Shown: positions 30,898 to 39,495 of the stretch, piece after piece
Numbering within the stretch: the first letter of the stretch is position 1
How the letters are laid out: the number at the start of each line of letters is the position of its first letter
Assembly (NCBI GenBank): GCA_024690265.1
Contig: JAILCW010000054.1
Coordinates: 1 to 42,359 of the forward strand
Source: Lachnospiraceae bacterium
GTDB taxonomy: Bacteria; Bacillota; Clostridia; Lachnospirales; Lachnospiraceae
Direction: 5' to 3'
DNA: 42,359 nucleotides
Translations under genes and position numbers: made by a program
The notes under the pieces: model-generated
What the model was told of the DNA's origin: nothing
Databases searched by the model: none
The model's input: only the letters and a program-made list of their open reading frames with translations

Positions 30898-30924
30898 AGG
30901 CACAAACCCAAAGGGTTCGTGCCT
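30898..30924 (-). terminator. Terminator of the ABC operon
   Basis: Minus strand AGGCACGAACCC-TTT-GGGTTTGTGCCT then TTTG. Confidence 0.75.
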
Positions 30925-30937
30925 CTATGATTTCTTC

Positions 30938-31735
30938 TTATTTGGAAAGAATTGCCTGATCGTTGGTGAATTCAGAACCACTAACCTCTTCAAACTTGTG
31001 AAGCAAGTCCTCAATGGTCAAGCGCTTCTTCTCTTCGCCGCGAATATCTAAAATGATGCGTCCCTCATCCATCATGATGAGTCGATTGCCATGAGCAATG
31101 GCATCACGCATGTTGTGGGTAACCATCATTGTAGTAAGATTGTGCTCGGCTACCAGCTTATCGGTGGTAGCAAGTACCTTGGCAGCTGTTTTCGGATCCA
31201 AGGCTGCTGTATGCTCGTCCAAAAGCAACATCTTCGGTTTCTGAATCGTAGCCATCAAAAGCGTTAATGCCTGGCGCTGTCCACCGGACAACAAACCAAC
31301 CTTGGCAGTAAGTCGCTCTTCCAATCCCAAATCCAGCTCCTTGAGCATCTCACGATAATTCTCACGTTCACTGGCTGTAATACCCCAGCCCCACAAACGA
31401 GGCTTACCTCGACGCGCAGCCAACGCAAGATTCTCATCAATCTGCATGTCTGCTGCGGTTCCTGTCATAGGATCCTGGAACACACGTCCTAAATACTTCG
31501 CACGACGGAACTCAGAAAGTCCGGTAACATTGACACCATCTATAAAGATTCCGCCTTCGTCTACCGGCCACACACCGGCAATCGCATTCAACAACGTAGA
31601 CTTGCCGGCACCATTACCGCCGATGACCGTTACAAAATCTCCATCCTCCAAAGTAAGATTCACGCCGTTTAACGCGCGCTTCTCATTGATTGTGCCCGGA
31701 TTAAAGGTCTTATGAATATTCTTAACTTCTATCAT
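30938..31735 (-). CDS. ABC transporter ATP-binding protein
   Basis: GGNGAGKST, VFQDP, LSGGQRQ, LLLDEHTAALDP. Confidence 0.95.
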   Translation of the reverse strand: MIEVKNIHKTFNPGTINEKRALNGVNLTLEDGDFVTVIGGNGAGKSTLLNAIAGVWPVDEGGIFIDGVNVTGLSEFRRAKYLGRVFQDPMTGTAADMQIDENLALAARRGKPRLWGWGITASERENYREMLKELDLGLEERLTAKVGLLSGGQRQALTLLMATIQKPKMLLLDEHTAALDPKTAAKVLATTDKLVAEHNLTTMMVTHNMRDAIAHGNRLIMMDEGRIILDIRGEEKKRLTIEDLLHKFEEVSGSEFTNDQAILSK

Positions 31736-32655
31736 TACTGGTTCTCCCCTCTCCGGCCAGCCTTACGAAAAGAGCTGTTAGCCTTATCTTTTAGATATGG
31801 AACTGCCAGGAAGACAGCTACAATGAGAGCGGTGAACAACTTCAGTCCATCCGTCGGAACACGCAACCAGGAAATAAATCCCATTGCCATGTAATAGATG
31901 ATTCCACCAACCACAACAAAGGTCAGTCGAAGAATGAATCCATTGTGCTTGCGGAACAAAGCGTGGCAAACTACTTCGCCAATAATAACCGCAGCCAAAC
32001 CAATAACAATGGCTCCACGACCCATACCAACATCTGTAAACCCATTAAACTGTGCCATCATAGAACCGGCAAGAGCAACAATACCATTGCTCAACGCCAA
32101 CGCAATCACCTTCATGAGGCCAATATTGATTCCCTGAGCACGGCTCATAGCAGGATTGTTACCCGTCGCACGAATAGCACTTCCCTGCTCCGTACCAAAG
32201 TACCAGTACATGATTGCAATGATTGCAACTGCAACAAGTGCAGCTACCACAATACTTGGAGCCACCTGAAGCATTGATACGCACAGGTTATATTTTCCAA
32301 CACCGATTGGCTTGTTCGCGCCTCCAAGAATAAAAATATTAATGGAATACAGTGCTAACTGTGACAGAATTCCGGACAAGATATCCGGGATACCAAGCAA
32401 GGTATGCAACAATCCGGTACACAGCCCAGCCAATAATCCGGCACAAAATGCAGCTGCCATAGCTACCGGAACCGGAACTCCTGTTGTAATTAACACAACT
32501 GCAACTGCTCCGCCGGTGGCAAAAGAACCATCTACCGTCAAATCTGCAAAATTCAAAATACGAAAGGTGAGATATACACCTAACGCCATAATTCCCCAAA
32601 TGATACCGATTGCCACATCTCCGGGCATACGATTCAATAATGATATGAGTGTCAT
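31735..32655 (-). CDS. ABC transporter permease (putative Trp/Tyr-type)
   Basis: FRILNFADLTVDGSF, GSAIRATGNN, multiple TM segments. Confidence 0.9.
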   Translation of the reverse strand: MTLISLLNRMPGDVAIGIIWGIMALGVYLTFRILNFADLTVDGSFATGGAVAVVLITTGVPVPVAMAAAFCAGLLAGLCTGLLHTLLGIPDILSGILSQLALYSINIFILGGANKPIGVGKYNLCVSMLQVAPSIVVAALVAVAIIAIMYWYFGTEQGSAIRATGNNPAMSRAQGINIGLMKVIALALSNGIVALAGSMMAQFNGFTDVGMGRGAIVIGLAAVIIGEVVCHALFRKHNGFILRLTFVVVGGIIYYMAMGFISWLRVPTDGLKLFTALIVAVFLAVPYLKDKANSSFRKAGRRGENQ

Positions 32656-32662
32656 TCCCTAG

Positions 32663-33673
32663 TTACTCCCCATCTTCAATAGCAATATAATCAGACGGAA
32701 TTTCAATTCCTAACTGTTCAGCGACTGTTGGATTGTATTTCTTCTCAACATCCGGAACATACTTAATCTCCATGGTGGACGGATCTGCCTTGTTTGCCAA
32801 GATCTCATAAGCCATCTCGCCAGCCTGATATCCCACGTCATAGTAGCTAATGGTCAATGTTGCTACACCGCAAGACTTGCAGATACCTTCTTCGCCTGCA
32901 AATACAGGTACGCCAGCAGGTACCACAATACCACCAATCAACTCTGCACAGTTTGCAGCGGTGTTATCTGTTGGAATGTAAATTACATCACTATCTGCAC
33001 ATGCAGTCTGTGTAACTGTTGCAACATCATTGGTATCAGAGAAGGTGTAAGACTTCACTGTGTATCCAAGCTTTCCTAATTCCTCGGTCATTACCTTGTC
33101 CTGATACTTGGAATTCGCTTCTGCAGAGCAGAACAAAATACCAACCGTCTTGGCATCCGGGAACAAATCCTTGATCATCTGAGCCTGCTGGTCCAACGGA
33201 GCAAGGTCAGATACACCGGTTGCATTGATACCGGTGGTTCCGGTCCAAGCATCGCTATCAATATCCAGAGCAACACCATAGTCCGTTACGGAAGTACCAA
33301 CGACAGGAATTGTCGTAGTGCCGGACACTGCTGCCTGCAATGCCGGTGTTGCATTTGCCATAATCAAATCATACTGTCCGGATACAAATCCATTAACGAT
33401 GGTTCCACAGTTTGCAGAGTCTCCGGATGCATTCTGTACATCAAATACAACCGTATCTCCCAACTTGTCATGCAATGCATCCTGGAATCCTTCGGTTGCA
33501 AGGTCCAATGCCGGATGCTGCACCAACTGACAGATGCCTACGGTGTACTTGTCAGAGTCTGCACCAGCTGTACTGGTTGCACCTGCTGCATCACCGCTTG
33601 CGTCTGAAGAGCCACAACCAGCCATTATCAGCATGGTTGCGCAAAGAAGACTAGCCAATATTCTTTTTTTCAT
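32663..33673 (-). CDS. ABC transporter substrate-binding lipoprotein (putative aromatic amino acid-binding family)
   Basis: Lipobox MAGC, VGICQLVQHPALD, EANS, IYIPTDN. Confidence 0.9.
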   Translation of the reverse strand: MKKRILASLLCATMLIMAGCGSSDASGDAAGATSTAGADSDKYTVGICQLVQHPALDLATEGFQDALHDKLGDTVVFDVQNASGDSANCGTIVNGFVSGQYDLIMANATPALQAAVSGTTTIPVVGTSVTDYGVALDIDSDAWTGTTGINATGVSDLAPLDQQAQMIKDLFPDAKTVGILFCSAEANSKYQDKVMTEELGKLGYTVKSYTFSDTNDVATVTQTACADSDVIYIPTDNTAANCAELIGGIVVPAGVPVFAGEEGICKSCGVATLTISYYDVGYQAGEMAYEILANKADPSTMEIKYVPDVEKKYNPTVAEQLGIEIPSDYIAIEDGE

Positions 33674-33727
33674 CTTTTTTCTCCTTTATCGTTTTCTTTT
33701 TCTTCCTTAAGGTAAAACCTTGTTCTG

Positions 33728-33756
33728 ACTATAGCACTTTAAACCTTTAAAGTCAA
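33728..33756 (-). promoter_or_regulatory. Promoter with an overlapping ACTTTA-N6-TAAAGT operator
   Basis: TTGACT-17 bp-TATAGT; palindrome ACTTTAAACCTTTAAAGT at 33736-33753. Confidence 0.75.
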
Positions 33757-33760
33757 AAGA

Positions 33761-33784
33761 AAAGACCGCAAAAATGCGGTCTTT
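33761..33784 (-). terminator. Terminator of nadABC
   Basis: 10-bp perfect stem AAAGACCGCA / TGCGGTCTTT, followed on the minus strand by TCTTTT. Confidence 0.85.
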
Positions 33785-33789
33785 GTAGC

Positions 33790-34641
33790 TTACAATACTG
33801 TTAAGTTTTTCAAGGAGACATCCAAAATTGGTGAGGAATGTGTCAGCGCACCGGAAGAAACATAATCCACTCCGATATCTGTAATTGCCTTGACGTTCTC
33901 CTTGGTAATATTACCGGAGCACTCGGTCTCGGCACGGCCATCGATATATGCAACTGCCTCTGCCATCTGCTCATGGGTCATATTATCCAGCATGATAATG
34001 TCTGCACCGGCTTCTACAGCCTCGCGAACCATATCCATGTTCTCTACTTCTACTTCAATCTTGCGAACGAATGGAGCATATGCCTTGGCAGCTTCTACTG
34101 CCTGCTTCACGCCACCTGCTGCATCAATGTGATTGTCCTTAAGCAACACGCCATCAGATAAGTTGTAGCGATGATTGTATCCGCCGCCAACGGTAACTGC
34201 GTACTTTTCAAAGATGCGGTTGTTCGGCGTAGTCTTGCGGGTATCCAAAAGCTTCGTTTTGGTTCCCTCTAAGAGAGCAGCGACACCGTGGGTATAGGTT
34301 GCGATACCGCTCATACGCTGCAAGTAATTCAATGCTGTACGCTCACCGGACAATAATACACGAATATCGCCGGTTACCTTTGCTAACAGCTGTTTATTCT
34401 TAACTTCATCTCCGTCCTTGGCATAGAACTCTACCTTGGTGTCCGGATCTAATAACTGGAAGGTACGTTCGAAGACCTGAAGTCCTGCAATTACACCATC
34501 CTGTTTACAAATCAGCTCTACGGTGCCTAATCTTTTCTCCGGCATTACCGCATTGGTGGTAACGTCCTCACTGGAGATATCTTCACGCAGTGCCTGCAAA
34601 ATCAACGGATCTGCATTCAATAATAATGTTGTGTTTGTCAT
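33790..34641 (-). CDS. nadC: Nicotinate-nucleotide pyrophosphorylase (quinolinate phosphoribosyltransferase)
   Basis: ERTALNYLQRMSGIAT, DTRKTTP, LKDNH, EVEVE, MLDN, SSGALTHS. Confidence 0.97.
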   Translation of the reverse strand: MTNTTLLLNADPLILQALREDISSEDVTTNAVMPEKRLGTVELICKQDGVIAGLQVFERTFQLLDPDTKVEFYAKDGDEVKNKQLLAKVTGDIRVLLSGERTALNYLQRMSGIATYTHGVAALLEGTKTKLLDTRKTTPNNRIFEKYAVTVGGGYNHRYNLSDGVLLKDNHIDAAGGVKQAVEAAKAYAPFVRKIEVEVENMDMVREAVEAGADIIMLDNMTHEQMAEAVAYIDGRAETECSGNITKENVKAITDIGVDYVSSGALTHSSPILDVSLKNLTVL

Positions 34642-34652
34642 ATAACTCCCTT

Positions 34653-35987
34653 CTAGTTAGCACTATCAAGTCGATGTATTTCATCTAAAATCAGTTGTTT
34701 ATTGGTCTCGGCAAATGCCTCTAAATCCTCGGTCTGTGCCACAATATCGTATACATCCTTCAGTTCTTCCAAGGTCATATCCACATATGGAAGATATCGG
34801 CATGGGCGCTTGCCATCGTGATCCGTATCCATCTCTGTCATGCGATATGCTGCGTTACGAGCGAATACCAAACTCTCCAGCAGCGAATTGCTGGCCAGGC
34901 GGTTACGACCATGGACACCATTGCAACAGGTCTCTCCTGCTGCATACAAATGACGCATAGAAGTGTGGCTATATCGATCCACATGTACGCCCCCCATAAA
35001 GTAATGCTGGGCAGGCACTACCGGAATCCACTCCTTGGTCACATCATAGCCCTCTTCCAAACAATGACGATAGATGTTCGGAAAGCGCTTGGTAATATCC
35101 ATATCCGTAATGGTCATCATGTTCATCCAAACATGCTTGGAACCTTCTTTAGCCATCTGCTTACGAATCTCGCCGGTTAACACGTCACGCGGCAACAATT
35201 CATTGGTAAAACGCTTGCCGTTCTTGTCCAGAAGAACAGCACCTTCACCTCGCACGGACTCTGAGATTAGGAATCGACGGCCCTTCTTCTCAGAATACAA
35301 TGTGGTCGGGTGAATCTGCACATAATTGATATGCTCCAACTCAATATCATGTCGCAGAGATAGCGCCAGTGCGTCTCCCGTCAAATGCGGATAATTAGTG
35401 GAGTTCGCATAAATGCCTCCGATACCACCACTGGCCCAAATAACGTGATTACCAAATACGGCCTTCAAGGTGCCATCAGGATTCTGTAGCAAGATTCCAT
35501 CGCAGGAATTGTTCCGGCATAAAATATCAATCATAGTGGTGCGCTCCAGCAAAGTCACATTCTCGCACTTCTTGACCGCAGCCAATAGCTTGGTGGTAAT
35601 CTCCTTACCAGTAACATCCTCATGGTATAAAATACGGTTGGTGGAATGGGCAGCTTCCTTGGTGTATCGAAGCTGTCCGTTTTCTTTTTCAAAATCTACG
35701 CCGTAGGCGATTAACTCATCGATGACACTGCGAGACTCTCGAATCATGATGTCTACCGACTCTCGACGATTCTCATAATGTCCTGCACGAAGCGTATCCT
35801 CGAAAAAGGAATCATAGTCCTGATCATTCTTCAGAACGCAGATTCCTCCTTGTGCCAGAAAGGAATCACTCTCTTCCAAGGAGCTCTTGGTAATCATGAG
35901 AATGCTCCAGTCCTTTGGCAAATGTAACGCAGTAAAACACCCGGCAACGCCGGTACCTACGATTACCGCATCATATTGTTTGTTCAT
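34653..35987 (-). CDS. nadB: L-aspartate oxidase (short form)
   Basis: IVGTGVAG, SFLAQGGI, EAAHS, QIHPT, LISESVRGEGA, HYFMGG, HGRNRLASNSLLE; lies between nadA and nadC. Confidence 0.96.
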   Translation of the reverse strand: MNKQYDAVIVGTGVAGCFTALHLPKDWSILMITKSSLEESDSFLAQGGICVLKNDQDYDSFFEDTLRAGHYENRRESVDIMIRESRSVIDELIAYGVDFEKENGQLRYTKEAAHSTNRILYHEDVTGKEITTKLLAAVKKCENVTLLERTTMIDILCRNNSCDGILLQNPDGTLKAVFGNHVIWASGGIGGIYANSTNYPHLTGDALALSLRHDIELEHINYVQIHPTTLYSEKKGRRFLISESVRGEGAVLLDKNGKRFTNELLPRDVLTGEIRKQMAKEGSKHVWMNMMTITDMDITKRFPNIYRHCLEEGYDVTKEWIPVVPAQHYFMGGVHVDRYSHTSMRHLYAAGETCCNGVHGRNRLASNSLLESLVFARNAAYRMTEMDTDHDGKRPCRYLPYVDMTLEELKDVYDIVAQTEDLEAFAETNKQLILDEIHRLDSAN

Positions 35988-36006
35988 GGTTCTACACTTT
36001 CTAATA

Positions 36007-36921
36007 TTACTTGGCCAGTTCCAACATCTTAATCATTGGGGCTTTCGCATTTTCCATCAGTTCTTCAGATAAAATCACTTCCGGCTGCTCGTCTTCCAAT
36101 ACTGCAAGAAGCTTCTCCATAGTGATTTTCTTCATATTCGGGCAAACCTGCTGTGGGCTAATTGCATAGAAGGTTTTGTCCGGATTGTTCTTCTTAAGTT
36201 CGTACATAACGCCAACTTCTGTGGCAATCAAAAACTCCTTGGCGTCGGAGGCACCTACATAGCTAATAATACCGGAAGTACTTCCCACATAATCTGCCAA
36301 CGCGGTAACAGAAGGCTTGCACTCCGGATGAACGCAAAGCAATGCTTCCGGATGCTCGGCCTTGGCCTCTGCAATCTCCTCTGCAGTCAGAGAATGATGC
36401 ACATGGCAAAAACCATCATTAAAGATAAAATGCTTCTCTGGCAACTGGTCTGCAATATAATGCGCCAGATTCTGATCAGGGATAAAGAAGATATTCTTCT
36501 GTGGCAAACGGGATACAATCTTAAGAGCATTAGCGCTGGTAACGCAAACGTCACTGGCAGCCTTGAGCTCTGCTGTAGAATTCACATAGCATACCACTGC
36601 AAGATCATCGTATTCTTTGCGCATCTTGACAATGGTTTCCACATCAGCCATATGAGCCATAGGGCAATCCGCACCAATCTCAGGTAACAACACCTTCTTG
36701 TTAGGATTCAATACCTTTGCGCTCTCTCCCATAAAGCGAACACCGCAAAGCACAATAATATCTGCATCGATTTCCGTTGCCTTGCGACTCAGGAAAAAGG
36801 AATCGCCAATATAATCTGCCATATCCTGAACATCATCATCTACATAGTAATGTGCCATAAGGACAGCGTTCTTTTCCTTCTTCAACTGCTCAATCCGAGA
36901 AGCCATCTGTTCTGTTGTCAT
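36007..36921 (-). CDS. nadA: Quinolinate synthase
   Basis: AHYY, GDSF, CGVRFMGE, ADCPMA, YVNS, CHVH, HPEC, CPNM. Confidence 0.97.
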   Translation of the reverse strand: MTTEQMASRIEQLKKEKNAVLMAHYYVDDDVQDMADYIGDSFFLSRKATEIDADIIVLCGVRFMGESAKVLNPNKKVLLPEIGADCPMAHMADVETIVKMRKEYDDLAVVCYVNSTAELKAASDVCVTSANALKIVSRLPQKNIFFIPDQNLAHYIADQLPEKHFIFNDGFCHVHHSLTAEEIAEAKAEHPEALLCVHPECKPSVTALADYVGSTSGIISYVGASDAKEFLIATEVGVMYELKKNNPDKTFYAISPQQVCPNMKKITMEKLLAVLEDEQPEVILSEELMENAKAPMIKMLELAK

Positions 36922-36996
36922 AGTTCTCTCCTACCAAAACAAAATCTATATTTCTATAATAGAATACTCTAATCCGCTATAAACGCAAGTATTCTC

Positions 36997-38706
36997 TTAC
37001 TTAGTTTTGGATGCAATGAGTGCTGCATAGACCTTCGCCGGCATCGGACGCTGATAGATATAGCCCTGTGCCATATCGCAGCCAAGCTTCTTAAGAACTT
37101 CTACTTGTTCCTTGGTTTCTACGCCTTCGGCTACGGTCTTGATGTTTAATTTCTTCGCCATATTAATGACAAATTCCAGGATACTCAAATCCTGCTCGAT
37201 TTCTTCAAATTCAACACTCAAGAATCGCATATCAAGCTTTAATTCATTGATTGGAAGATACTTCAGCGATACCAGGTTAAAGGAGCCCTTGCCAAAATCA
37301 TCCAGAAGCACCGTATATCCCCCATTATGCAATCGCTGGATTTCTCGCCCGACGCGTTCCGGATCTTCTGTATATGCAGTCTCTGACACCTCAATCTGAA
37401 TCAAATCTCTCGTCAGTTGATAACGATCTATCATCTCATCCAAGGTTGCCGTCACATCCAGCATGAAAATATCCGCCTTGGATACATTGACAGAAATAGG
37501 AAGCACGCTGCGTCCGGCATCCATACACTGGCGCTGCCAACGACACACTTCTTCCCACACAATCACATCCACATTGGAAATGAAGCCAGTTCTCTCTAAT
37601 GCCGGCAGAAAGGCTCCCGGAACCACCAGACCTTTGTCCTTGTGTATCCAGCGTACCAATGCCTCAGACGCAACCACCTGCCCCGTTGCCACATCATATT
37701 TCGGCTGGAGGAAAAACTCAAATTCCTGATTGCTCTCGCCCCGCCTGATATCTACCAACAACTGGAAGTCATCCTCCACACGCTGACTCATCTCTTCCTC
37801 GTACATCTTGAGGTTCAGGGTATAGTCAGCCTTAATGCTGGCCAATGCCATCTTGGCACGGTCATATAGCGCATGAGCCGAATCCTCTTCTGCCCCTAGC
37901 ACATAAATACCAAACTTCGGATGGAACCCTGGCTGGAAGTTCTCAAAATACCCCTCTTCCTCCGCCATGGTATGCAGCTGCAACATCAATGCCGGCGCAT
38001 TCGGTGCAAACATTGCAAAATCATCGCCGCCCATGTATCCTACATAACCACCATGACGTTGCACCAATTCCTTAAGCTTCTTGGCTAATTCCTGCAGATA
38101 GATATCGCCCTTCTCCCAGCCATAATAGTTGTTATACAGCTTAAAGTTGGCAATATCTGCTGCTACCATAATTGCGCCCACTTCCCCCATTTGCTTGAGG
38201 CGTGAGTGCACGTTGTTATAAAATGTCTTCTTCAAGTCCACGCCGGTCAATCGATCCGCTCTCTTATCTCCCACCAGATAATCCTGATCTATTTCCGTTA
38301 CCACCTGTTTCTGCTTGGCGAACAGTGAAACCGTAGTCAGCACGCGGCGCTTAACGGTACGCTCCGAGAATGGACGCGTAATAAAATCAATGGCACCCAA
38401 ATCAAATGCCCGCTCAATGTTATTCTCCATGTCATCCACGGATATAATCATTACCGGCAAATAATCCGTCATGTGCTTACTGCGCATGAATTCCAGCACG
38501 TCGAATCCACTCATTCCAGGCATCACCAAATCCAGCAGCACAATATCCAATTCCTGGAAGTGCTCCATCAGGATTTCCTTGGCATCTTCTCCTGTGGTTG
38601 CCTCGATAAACAAGATGTCATCCTTCAATATCTCCTTCAACATCTCGCGATTCATCATGGCGTCATCGACGATTAACCCCTTGTAACGTTTCCTCTTCTC
38701 AGACAT
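36997..38706 (-). CDS. Response regulator with REC-GGDEF(GGDDF)-EAL domains, probable c-di-GMP phosphodiesterase
   Basis: LIVDD...LLDLVMPGMSG receiver domain; DRLTG, DIANFKLYN, GGDDF; QPK, EALVRW, SVNVS, LDDFGKG, VAEGVET, QGY. Confidence 0.92.
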   Translation of the reverse strand: MSEKRKRYKGLIVDDAMMNREMLKEILKDDILFIEATTGEDAKEILMEHFQELDIVLLDLVMPGMSGFDVLEFMRSKHMTDYLPVMIISVDDMENNIERAFDLGAIDFITRPFSERTVKRRVLTTVSLFAKQKQVVTEIDQDYLVGDKRADRLTGVDLKKTFYNNVHSRLKQMGEVGAIMVAADIANFKLYNNYYGWEKGDIYLQELAKKLKELVQRHGGYVGYMGGDDFAMFAPNAPALMLQLHTMAEEEGYFENFQPGFHPKFGIYVLGAEEDSAHALYDRAKMALASIKADYTLNLKMYEEEMSQRVEDDFQLLVDIRRGESNQEFEFFLQPKYDVATGQVVASEALVRWIHKDKGLVVPGAFLPALERTGFISNVDVIVWEEVCRWQRQCMDAGRSVLPISVNVSKADIFMLDVTATLDEMIDRYQLTRDLIQIEVSETAYTEDPERVGREIQRLHNGGYTVLLDDFGKGSFNLVSLKYLPINELKLDMRFLSVEFEEIEQDLSILEFVINMAKKLNIKTVAEGVETKEQVEVLKKLGCDMAQGYIYQRPMPAKVYAALIASKTK

Positions 38707-38765
38707 AATAACAACCCCCGTTATTCAATCTAAAAACGTGTATTCTATTATACTATAAAATAAAG

Positions 38766-38912
38766 GCGCCGCCCACCACCAATACATTTTCTCGCGGGAT
38801 TGCTCTCGCTACCTCTGCAGAAGTAGCAGTCACATACAAAGCTGCTTCGCACCTTTTAGTGCTGACGTCTGCAAAGGCCCGCTACTGAAAATATATTGAT
38901 GGTGGGCGGCGC
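38766..38912 (+). repeat. Bulged-hairpin dispersed element, copy B
   Basis: Outer 13-bp IR GCGCCGCCCACCA / TGGTGGGCGGCGC; shares the exact 22-mer GACGTCTGCAAAGGCCCGCTAC (38864-38885) with copy C (42082-42103). Confidence 0.85.
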
Positions 38913-38917
38913 TGTTT

Positions 38918-39415
38918 TTAATGTCTAAGCTCTTTCATATTTAGTATTCTCTGATTACGACTACCCCTAAATTGTAAGGAAATGTCCTTTTCCTCCAATT
39001 TAAATTCTCCATCTACGAGGATGTCATAAGAATCTAGTAGTTCATCGGTGACCTCACAATGAGCTTTACCATTGGGGGCAGCCAAATCTGTCTCATAGGT
39101 ATATCCGGAGTAACACCAAATATTTTTGTCTGGATGGAGCTGCTTGATCTTGCGAATCATTGGGAGAAGGGCGCGCTGATTTTCCGGCTCCATTGGTTCG
39201 CCTCCCAGGAGAGTTAGACCTTCGGTGAAGGGGTCGTCTAGGGAGTCGATAATCTGCCAGGCCACCTCTTCTGTGAAGGGCTCACCATAATTAAAGTCCC
39301 AGGTCTGAGGTTGGAAGCAGCCCTTGCAATGATGGGTACAGCCGGATACGAACAGGACGGTACGCACTCCGGTTCCATTAGCTATGTCATGATATTTGAT
39401 CACTGAATAATTCAC
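38918..39415 (-). CDS. nrdG: Anaerobic ribonucleotide reductase activating protein (radical SAM)
   Basis: DIANGTGVRTVLFVSGCTHHCKGC, LLGGEP, LVDGEF, FRGSRNQR; GTG start after GAGAGGT. Confidence 0.96.
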   Translation of the reverse strand: MNYSVIKYHDIANGTGVRTVLFVSGCTHHCKGCFQPQTWDFNYGEPFTEEVAWQIIDSLDDPFTEGLTLLGGEPMEPENQRALLPMIRKIKQLHPDKNIWCYSGYTYETDLAAPNGKAHCEVTDELLDSYDILVDGEFKLEEKDISLQFRGSRNQRILNMKELRH

Positions 39416-39434
39416 AGTTAATACCTCTCTCAGC

Positions 39435-39468
39435 AAAAAATCCCTGCACCACATTTGTGATGCAGGGG
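39435..39468 (-). terminator. Terminator-like hairpin between nrdD and nrdG
   Basis: Minus strand CCCTGCATCACA-AA-TGTGGTGCAGGG then ATTTTTT. Confidence 0.7.
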
Positions 39469-39495
39469 AATTCTTATTATTTAATGCGCGTCTTT

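Noticed and set aside
36961-36995. AGAATACT / AGTATTCT inverted repeat before nadA as a NiaR or NrtR operator
   Set aside because: AT-rich with a 19-bp gap, single occurrence, and no match to a consensus I can state confidently.
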